DNA of 64,000 nt from the human T2T-CHM13v2.0 reference genome, Homo sapiens. Every line of letters begins with the position of its first letter. Within the stretch, counting starts at the first letter, position 1. Made by a program: the position numbers and the translations under genes. The notes beneath the pieces were generated by a model. That model was given only the letters and a program-made list of their open reading frames with translations, searched no databases and was not told the DNA's origin. The stretch lies in NCBI RefSeq assembly GCF_009914755.1, contig NC_060940.1. One strand, 5' to 3'. This document shows, piece after piece, positions 53,453 to 64,000 of this stretch.

Positions 53453-53734
53453 CAGATGGAGTCTTGCTCTGTTGCCCAGGCTAGAGTGCAGTGGTGCCAT
53501 CTCGGCTTACCGCAAGCTCCGCCTCCCGGGTTCACGCCATTGTCCTGCCTCAGCGTCCCGAGTACCTGGAACTATAGGTGTCCACCATCATACCTGGCCA
53601 ATTTTTTGTATTTTCAGTAGAGACGGGGTTTCACTGTGTCAGCCAAGATGGTCTCCATCTTCTGACCTCGTGATCCACCGGCCTTGGCCTCTTAGAGTGC
53701 TGGGATTACAGGCATAAGCCACCACTCCCGGCCG
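53417..53734 (-). mobile_element. AluY
   Basis: TSD GATATATTGGTTT. Confidence 0.93.
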
Positions 53735-53926
53735 ATATATTGGTTTGTTTATGAAAATTATACTGGATCTGTTACAGGTATGATTGATATATTTTATTTT
53801 TGAGTTGTCAAACATTCAGTTAATGATGTGTGTTGTAACTTTTCAGGGAGGGACATTTGCAGAGACTGACTAATGGTATGGCATTCTGAAAAGCGGTTAC
53901 AGATTAAAAAAATTTTAATTCTGCAG

Positions 53927-54056
53927 ATGATAGTGTCAAACCAAGTGGAACAAAGAAAGAAGATCTGGATGACAAAGAGAAAAAAGATGAAACTCCTGCA
54001 CCTGTATATAGGGCCAAGTCAATTCTGGAGAGCTGGGTATGGGAGTAAGCAACCAG
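53927..54056 (+). pseudogene. HERC2P: HERC2P exon 4-like (130 bp; -6 and +1 indels)
   Basis: Native frame DSVKPSGTKKEDLDDKEKKDETPAPVYRAKSILESWVW; CAG|...CCAG|GTAA. Confidence 0.93.
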
Positions 54057-54502
54057 GTAATCTTTGATCAGAGATAGAAATTAGTATAGACATTTTGCCT
54101 CCAGATCCTCAGGTGGTTTTAGAAATTGGTTCTCTAATTCTGTAGGAGAAGGTTGATACTGGTATAGGCTTACACGTCATTGAAACTGGAAAAGGTAGCT
54201 AGATATTCTTCTACTCATGTTTTGGATAATGAGATATTTTATGCTTCACACACTTGGAGTATGTCATCTACTGTAATACGGTATCTGAATGAATACTTTA
54301 AATAAAATACATTTCTGTAAGTTAATTGTATACTTTAAAAATCTCTGAAAAATTTGAGTAGCAAGTCTCAGAAACTTGGTTCTAAATATTAAGAATATAT
54401 CCTTCCTTGGGAGGGAGCATGTAGTAAACATGTTAGTGTGATTGTAAGCATACTGTCTTTCTGGAGGTCGCTGTGTTCCTGCATCCACTGTTTTCATTTC
54501 AG

Positions 54503-54612
54503 GGATGTTCACGGAACGCCAGGCACCAAAAGGCCAGAAGCATGCCCCTGCAGGACCAGCACTTGGCTCTGGCCATCCTGCTGGAGCTGGCTGTGCAGAG
54601 AGGCACGCTGAG
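54503..54612 (+). pseudogene. HERC2P: HERC2P exon 8-like (110 bp; -1 indel)
   Basis: DVHGTPGTK...PLQDQHLALAILLELAVQRGTL. Confidence 0.93.
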
Positions 54613-55108
54613 GTGAGGGCTTGTGCAGAATGGGAACGCTTTGGGGAAGCGCCTCTGTATCCAAATACCTGTTGCATTGTGTGCATTTCACTGAATCGTG
54701 TTTGACTGCAGCAGAGAGCACCATGTCCCAGAGCTCGCTCTCTCTTTACCTTTTCTTCACTTCCTTTTTTATGCTCAGTTTTCTAGCCTGGGAACTGTTC
54801 TTTTTTTTTTTTTCTTTCAGTTTTCCTCATTTAATTATTTTTATTCCATGAATTTAAGATCCTAGAACTTCCATGTGAATGTGCTCTTTGAGCTTCTTAA
54901 CTGGTCTTTCCTATCAGCAGAAGGCGATGACTTGTGCTAAAATCTTAGTGTCAATTCAGTGATTTAATTACCACGGCTTTACTTTCATTTCCTTTCATAT
55001 CCCAAGTATTGCTTCACTTCTATCTAGCTGTTTGCTTTTATTTTTGATCAACCATGAAAAAAAAAGTTAATCTGTTTTTACTAGGAATAAATGTGTTTTC
55101 TCCTTTAG

Positions 55109-55280
55109 CCAAATGTTGTCTGCCATCCTGTTGTTGCTTCAGCTGTGGGACAGCAGGGCACAGGAAACTGACAATGAGCGTTCTGCCCAGGGCACCAGCA
55201 CCTTGCTTTTGCCCTTGCTGCAAACGTTCCAGAGCATCATTTGTGGTAAGGATACGCCCCCCTCCGAGGGCAACATGCAC
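55109..55280 (+). pseudogene. HERC2P: HERC2P exon 9-like (172 bp, frame intact)
   Basis: QMLSAILLLLQLWDSRAQETDNERSAQGTS...SEGNMH. Confidence 0.95.
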
Positions 55281-56308
55281 GTGAGTGTCATGATGGAACG
55301 TTGTGTTTAGGTGGTACTCAAGTCTAGTTATTTTTTACGCAAGACCAGTGTGTGTGTCCACGGCAGTGTTTTTCTCTGGCGTGTGTGTATTTGGTGGTAA
55401 CAGCAGCGAGTCAGATGAGACAGGTGTGGGAGGCCACTTGTTTGTGGAGAAGACTTGGATCAGTGAGCACCGACTTCCTTGTCAGCACAGAACCAAGCTT
55501 GAAACACGCACTTTTAAATCAATACTAGAAAAGAACAACGAAAATAGTGGCTTTCTTTGTTGGCCCTTCCTATGTACTGGGCTCTGTGCAGGGCATGTCA
55601 TCTGAGCTGTCACTCTGTTTAGTACCAGCTCCCCCCTTAACAGGTGTGGACGCCGAGCTGGGGGAGGAGCAGGCATGTGGGGCCCTGGGTGTAAACCTCC
55701 AGGAGTGCTGGTCTTTACAGGTCAAGTACAAGTTGAATTTTGCATCTTTTTGGGAAAGTCTTAGGCATTTCAATATCATGCTTTGGTTTAATTTTTCTAT
55801 TATTTGTTAGTCTTTAAACTAATGATAATAGGGCTCTTCTGCCTTTAGAAGAATTAGAACTATGATTTAATTTGCAAATGAAAGTAGGTGTTCTCCAGAG
55901 TGGGCAATGTTTAGATTAAAATAAAGGTTTTGGTTTTAGATTTCAAGGCCAGCTTGAGATGCTGTTCTGGGTTCCCACAGAGGTGGTTCTGCCTTTCTCC
56001 AGGGGTCCTAGGCCTGTAGGGTGGTTTGGTCATGTTAGTAATCTGTGTGGATTCAACTTACCTGTGGTGTCATAAATGTATACATGCACAGTCAATGTTG
56101 TGTACATGTGTACAGCACATTTAGACATTTATACAGTCAGTTTGTATGCTACATAAATATATAGATGTATAGTATAACTGTATCATCGACATTGTCATTT
56201 GATGGGTCAAATGAGTCAATACCAAAATATAAAGAGTGGGTAAAGGCTAACTGTATTACTTTAATTTTTCCCACCATTTCTGAATGTTTGTTTACCTTTC
56301 CTTTCTAG

Positions 56309-56481
56309 CTTTTGTCTGGCCCTCTGAGCCCCAGTGAGTTTCCTGAGGTACCTCACCCTCCACAAGACAACGAGCTTGCCATTGATCTGCAACAAACGGC
56401 GGTTGTTGTCATGGCCCATTTAGAAGATCTGGCTACACCCTGTAGATGCCTCTGCCGTGTAGCTGTCCGACGTCTCATAAG
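56309..56481 (+). pseudogene. HERC2P: HERC2P exon 10-like (173 bp; -2, -1 and +2 indels)
   Basis: LLSGPLSPSE...PQDNELAIDLQQTAVVVMAHLEDLATPC. Confidence 0.93.
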
Positions 56482-57475
56482 GTGTGTGTGCAAGAACCGT
56501 GTTCTCCATGGGTTTTGTAGCTAGTACCACTTGTAGGTTCTCATCCTGGGCCCGTGTGGAGACTTGCTTTTTCTGGTATTGGTAGGGGGAGCTGGCCTGT
56601 GGTTTTTAAACGTGTTTGCAGTTGAAGGTGTTATCCGTGTTGAGAGTGAATGATGAGCAAGCTGAGGCGCACAGGCCTGGGGACCCAACCTGGGGGCCCA
56701 GGTTCCAGGTTCAGGTGGCACAGCCCCAGAGAGCTCCCCTTTACCCACAGCCCCAGGCCCTCCCACCTTCTACAGAGGGTTCCACAGCCTTCTTTATACT
56801 CTGAACGTGGGCTGTCTTAGTATGTAATGCTGGTTATAGTAGTGACAGTATAATTATATATTATATCTGTTATGTAATAGTAATGGTAATAGTAGTGATT
56901 TGCATGTGTGGAGCACCTGTAGGGTGCAGGCCCACTGAGGACCTCATACACGCTGTTGTATCTCATTATGTCAATGAGAAAACTGCCTTTGGGAATGTTA
57001 GTGAACTTTGCCAGTGTATAACAGTAATCCTAGTTTTGAATCCAGATTTTTCTAACATTTTATTTCTAGTATGAAGAGTGTTTATTTTGTTTTACAGTCG
57101 TTAAAAAAAAAAGAGGAATACAGTCACATGGTTCAAAAATCAAACCTAGGCAGAGACACACTGTCACTTCCCCTGCCCACCCCTTCCACCCATTTTCCTA
57201 CCTGCTCTCTCTGGCTTTTCAGTCTCCTCTGTAACCTCCTTGTTCTCTGGAATGAGTATGCTAGTGGTAGCATGTTGCATTACTTGTGTTGCTTGTTTTT
57301 TTTTTTACTAGCCATATATACTGGAGTACTTTATCAGAGTGTCGCTCTTTGTTTTTATAAAGCAGCTTAGTCTTCAGTGTGTAGATATGTCTTTTATGTA
57401 TCATTCTTCAGTGAGTCTCTTATTGGTGGACACTTGGGCTTATTGCCACAGTGTTGCTACACAAATAGTGCTGAG

Positions 57476-58030
<555 letters not shown>

Positions 58031-58159
58031 TTAAAATATATTAGTATTTAAGGGCCATTTATACTACTTTTTAATGGGTTCTGTTGAAATGCAATGGAAA
58101 TGGAAAAATAGCCTGTTCAGTTGCTTCATCATACCTGTTAAATGCGGTAATACGGCGTG

Positions 58160-58277
58160 GTAGGAGATGGGGTTTCACCATGTTAGCCAGGATGGTCTCG
58201 ATCTCCTGACTTCGTGATCTGCCTGCCTCGGCCTCCAAAAGTGCTGGGATTACAGGCATGAGCCACTGTGCCCGGCC
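58160..58277 (-). mobile_element. Isolated Alu left arm (truncated)
   Basis: GAGATGGGGTTTCACCATG...GTGCCCGGCC, with no linker, right arm or tail. Confidence 0.88.
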
Positions 58278-59677
58278 AATTGGATTATTTTAAAGCATAA
58301 CTCTGTCTTTAAAACATTTTAAGGCATTTTACCTCTTAATGATAAGGATTTAAGAAAAACCCTACAATATCATTATCCTGTCTATAAGATTAACAGTGAT
58401 TCCTTAATCTAACATGTAGTCCATGTTACATTTTCCTGGACTATCTCAAAAATGCCTTTTTTAGGTGGTAATTTTGAATTAGGACCTGAATATGTTCTGT
58501 GTATTGGCATTGGTTGACATATGCTTCTAGTCTCTTTCCCCAAACAACATGGCTCCAGGCCCTCCTCTCCCTGTCTCTGATCATACCATTTTCTTTTTCA
58601 AAGAAGCAAGTTGGTTATTTTGGAGAACTTCACATTTTCTGAACTTGGTTGATTGCATTCTCTTATTCTAGACCAACATATTCTTCTGTTAGTTACATTA
58701 ATCTGCTGGTTAGATCTAGAGGTTTGGTTGGATTTGAATTCAGTCTCGTTGGGGTGGTGTTATGTCTGGAGTCATGCTGCATGCTTTCTGTTGGCTCAGG
58801 AGGCCTGTAATGCTCAGTGGCTCCCCGCTTTAGTTCTGTGAAGCTAGACCAGGGAATTCATGTGTTGCGTGTCCTCTATAAAATCCCCTACCAACCTTGC
58901 CCTCTGCTGTCTGGTTAGCAGGAGGTACAATTTGTACAGGAAGGACATAATCTAAGCTTGACTTCTTGAACTGCCACCTCCCTTTAACTATTTTTCATAA
59001 TATTGAGTTGGTATCCTAGCACTTGCATAGGTGACCACCACTCAGGTTTTCTTTTTTTTTGAGTATTTTTATGAACTAATAGACTTCTATTGATTTGGTG
59101 TTTCTTTTCTTTTTTAGCTTTTTCCCCCTAATATACACATTTAAAGGCGTAAATGCCCTCAAGCATGCATTTAGTTGTATGTCACCAATTTTGATCTGCA
59201 ATATTTTGATTATTAATTGAACTCATTTTCTAATTTTCATAGTCATTTTTTCTTAGAATTTTGGGTTACTTATAAGTGTATTTTGTAATTTTCAAATATG
59301 TGGATGAATATTTTCATTTTCTGTATATACAGAGTCATTTTTATTTTATTTTGAATGAACTTTTGAAAACCTATTTCTAATTTAACTGCATTGTAGTCAG
59401 CACACATGCTGTGTAACTTTATTTCTTTGAAATCTGTTGAGATTTGTTCTATGGCCTGGCATGGCCTGATTTGATATTCATGCTGCCTAGATTTTTTTTA
59501 AAGCATTCTATATTTAATAGAATTTGTATGTGTGGTATTAGTTTCAGAGCTAGGTATGTATTTCTCCCATTGTGATTGTGGATTTGTTTATTTCTGCTTG
59601 TAGTTCTTTCACACAGTTTGTTCTTTTCATTTTACCTGTTGATTGATCAATGGACTGATTCTGGTTTCTGTATACAG

Positions 59678-61483
59678 AGAGTCATTTTTTTACAGGTCAG
59701 AACTGTAGAAATAATGAGGAAGTGACACTTATATGCAAAGCTGATTTGGAGAACCATAATAAAGATGGAGGCTTCTGGATTGTGATTGATGAGAAAGTGT
59801 ATGATATAAAGGACTTCCAGACACAGTCGTTAACAGGAAATAGTATTCTTGGTAAGATTACCCTTCTTATTTCCTGGTTAAAAGTTACAGCCTGTATCAT
59901 TTTAAGCAGAGTATTTGGCTTATAAATGATTTCTTTAGTTTTGTGCCAGCCCCCGCATATTTTAATGTATCTGTGGCTTTGGTGTCTGTCTTATCAACAA
60001 ATTCAGCACATTTGAAGAATTTCCTTTCATTATGCATTTTTTGTTTTAATACTTGGAACTCATTTCAAGTTCTGAGTTGGCCCAGGCAACCCTGGGAGAC
60101 AGTGGGAGGTCATTATACTCTGGTAACCCTCACTTTTGAGTTAAGCGCCTAACTTATTTCCTACTCACTGTTTCTCCTATAGCTCTTCAGGCAAGCTGAA
60201 TTGAACTCCTGTTGCTTTTTCCCTTTTTCTTTCAGCTCAGTTTGCAGGGGAAAACCCAGTGGTAGCTTTGGAAGCTGCTTTCGAGTTTGAAGTCACCCGG
60301 GAATCCATGCACGCATTTTGTGTTGGCCAATATTTGGAGGTGAGGCTGTATGCCTTGAGTGATGCAGAGGATGGCAGGGGACACCCTCTGTGTGTTTGTG
60401 ATAGGAATATTTGGATCTAGAAGTACTGATATCTGGGTCTTTTGGGGGGCATTAGGGATAATATAAAGATCCTTTAGAAGTTTTGTCATAAATGAATTTA
60501 CATTTATTCGTGTTAGGATCTGTGATGTACTGGTCTTGAAAGATTGTTTTTTAAATGATCAATTTGTGAGAAATATAGACAGTGTTCCACAAGAAAAGAG
60601 GTTAAACTTTGGTCTTATGTAGAAATTTGGAATGGCTTATTATATTGAGGTATGTATTTTTTGGGAAGAACTATGTAGAAGTGTAATTCTTTACAATAGA
60701 AATATGTCCTTCCTATGTATTCACGAACACATAGAATTTATATACTGGGATTAGCTTTCCAGCTATCCACAAGTAATAAAATGTATTAAATGCCATTAGG
60801 GCAGGGCTTAAAGCATTTTATGAAGGGGAGAATTAACTTTGCTGTAAATATCTTCTGTGACTGGAAAAGTTGAACTCTTGCTTTTTTCAGAGTTTGATTT
60901 TTGTTAGAATAAATTTCATTTCCTCTACCTGTGTGGTCACAGTCCACTAATACTTGTCATCGAATACTTGTCATAGTTTTGTTGCCCAGTGGGTTCTTTA
61001 TGCATGTAACAATTCATTATACTTTCTGAAGCATGGTGTACAGTCACTTTGGAAACTGATTCCTAAGGAATATTCTAGCCAAATCATGTATCTGTGCTTT
61101 AGTTTTTCTGCGTGTACGGTTGCTGCCAGCTTTATAGGGCATGTGGGTTTATGTGGTATCTGCTGTTACTTGGGCACAGCAGCATCAACTCATTACAGGA
61201 TGGAGGGGCAGAACACCCAGGGCACCCCTGGGCTCACATGGCGGTACAGCTGCAGGACAGAGCTGTCCTTTTGGTTTTATGTTTTTAATTAATTCTGTTT
61301 CCTCAGATTGATGATGAAGTTTATTTTTCCAGCCTGACCAAGAAGTTGTCACCATACCAGATCCGGGAAGTCTCTCTTCACCTCTGATAGACACAGAGAG
61401 GAATCTGGGCCTGCTTCTCGGATTACACACTTCCTATTTAGCAATGAGCACACCGCTGTCTCCTGTCGAGATTGAATGTGCCA
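59678..61483 (+). pseudogene. HERC2P: HERC2P exons 24-26-like, encoding the cytochrome b5-like domain region, stop-free
   Basis: GQNCRNNEEVTLICKADLENHNKDGGFWIVIDEKVYDIKDFQTQSLTGNSIL / AQFAGENPVVALEAAFEFEVTRESMHAFCVGQYLE / PDQEVVTIPDPGSLSSPLIDTERNLGLLLGLHTSYLAMSTPLSPVEIECA. Exon sizes 174, 104 and 151 bp. Confidence 0.95.
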
Positions 61484-61558
61484 GTAAGAAAATCTTTGCT
61501 TTTTGCTGATTAGCAGATTATTTTTTTTGAACTGTAAGTGCCATTAAGAGTGGGAGAG

Positions 61559-62148
<590 letters not shown>

Positions 62149-64000
62149 GGAGGATTCAACACAGTTGATGATGCTACAAAAAATAATAATAAGGATAGTG
62201 AGACTCAATCAGGTAGAAACAGCTGTGAGTGGCTGTCATTTGCCCTCATGGTCTGTTGCTGCAGAGGAAGCTAAAAAGTGTGCAGGAGTGTCTACCCGTC
62301 TACCCTGTGGTGGTCTCACGTATTGCAGCCTCTGCCTGATGGGCCCAGCATGGCTTTTGTCTCCCTGCATGCCCAGAAATTGCACAGAATGTGGATCAGC
62401 TGTTCTCTCAGGGAACAGCGTTCTATTTGAGGACTGCGTTTTTACCAGACCAGGCTCAAGTCAGTTATATTTCAGGATGGCAGCCTTTGTAACCACCTAA
62501 AATAATAAGCTTTTTCCTGTCTCCTAAGATGGGTTTACATTTTCCTTCATGTAGTCGTGCATTTCCCATCTGTCTATCTGTCCGTCCGTGTGAGCAGCTT
62601 CTGTTGAGCAGTTGCCTGGTGCCGTTACCATGCGAGGTGTTCAGGATGCAGTGATGGATAGGACACGCCTCTGCTTTCAGTTGCTGCTTGTTGATGAGCC
62701 AGCATTCTAAGCAGGTCACGTTACAAGGTGGTGAATGGTGAAATGGAGACGTTCATACGTGGTTCTGGGAGAAGAAAGGCTTCACACCGGCAGCAGTCCT
62801 GAAATTGCATGAGGGAGCATTCTGGGCAGAAAACACAGGAGTGTCAAGGGCAATGCTGAGAGGAGCAGGGCTTTCCTGCTGCTTGCGAGAGTGGTTGTGG
62901 GAGAGGCTTGCGGGAAAGGAGGATCTTGGTGTCCACACAGCCCCCCGTTGGGTGGACCTTTGTGCAGTGCTGGGTGCTGGACTGCCTGTGGTGCCCTCTG
63001 AGGTGTCTGCTTCCCTCCCTCCTCCTCAAGGCTCATTGCTTGCCAGAAGATGGGCTTTGTTTAAATTGACAAGGAGGGCAGGGCTGGCGAGCTCCAGAGC
63101 AGAGGGTGCCATGAGCCCTGGCAGGTGGGTCCGAGCCACAGGAGGATCAGAGGCTTATCTTGGAGCAGTAAGGAGGGGCTGTCCTGTGCTTAAAGAAAGG
63201 GGGCCAGAGAGAGTTGGCATTGGATTAGTGTTTCAGAAGAACGAATGTGGTGGGTTGGGGAATGCTCCTGAGTGCTCTAAAAATCTAAATGTCCAGTAAA
63301 AGAACAGTAAGTGCATCCCCGCTTTGATTGCTTGGATTTGGAGCAGTATTTGATAACACAGATCGTTAATAGAGATCTGTAGTGGTGCACATCCTAATTT
63401 TGTGTGTATGTGCCGCTCCCTCAAGTGACCATAAGCAGTTGTAATTAACATTTGCACTGGCTGATCCCATGCCTTGCACCATGCACAGGTCTCCTTTCCA
63501 GTCCATCGGCCCTCCCGTCTCCAAGGATCTATCCTTCATTAAAGATTGTGTGTTTGTTAAATATTTTCTCCTTTTCATTCCTTTATAAGTGCTCTAGGAA
63601 TACATAGCCTACCCTGAGGATGTAATTCTTTGTAGAAACCCTTCAGATATGCTGTTCCCTGCCTGGATACTCAGCGTCTGGGTCTTATTCCTCATCTTAG
63701 CTCAGTTGTTGCTTCCACAAGTCCCTTACTGACCCTCAGAATAGCGGTGGTCTGTCCTCCGGTCTCCCTGGTACCCCCATAGTCATCCGTTGCACAGTTT
63801 TGGACTTGAAATCCTGTGATTAGTTGTGTCAGCGGTGCCCTTTGCTGCCTTCCTTGTTAGAGTGTGCAACTCAGTCTTCACACGGTATCTGTGGAACCAG
63901 GCAGCTGCAGGCAGAGCACAGGTATCCAGAGAATTTTGGACTGGAACTACAATCCTGAGTTCTGATGCCGTGCCTGAGGTGTGTGGAATCACCAGAAAGT

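Overview
Human/great-ape genomic DNA (Alu, L1, THE1 and HERV-K LTRs; spliceosomal introns). I find no intact protein-coding gene. The window is a mosaic of intron-containing (segmentally duplicated, not retrocopied) fragments from at least four unlinked genes. (1) An old, degraded FGFR3 fragment, exons 5-7-like, minus strand, ~158-751. (2) A single orphan GPC5 exon with intact splice sites and frame at 22371-22491, inside an AT-rich block. (3) A 3.2-kb GC-rich ABHD17A fragment, minus strand, ~32790-35976, cut inside an exon. (4) A HERC2 pseudogene, plus strand, from ~47500 to the window end; it keeps the CpG-island promoter and start codon but has three internal deletions, leaving exons 1,2,4,8,9,10,24,25,26-like. 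The HERC2P + ABHD17AP combination suggests pericentromeric 16p11.2; this is inference. Gene identities, exon numbers and repeat subfamilies come from recalled sequences, not a database search. The best leads are: new spliced ORFs created by the HERC2 deletions; an excess of CpG C<->G transversions in ABHD17AP; a templated insertion inside an Alu that preserves the empty site of a neighbouring L1; an 18/24-bp minisatellite built of CRE/ATF-like motifs; and a possible divergent transcript from the HERC2P promoter into ABHD17AP. Nothing here establishes a new biological system; these are testable hypotheses.
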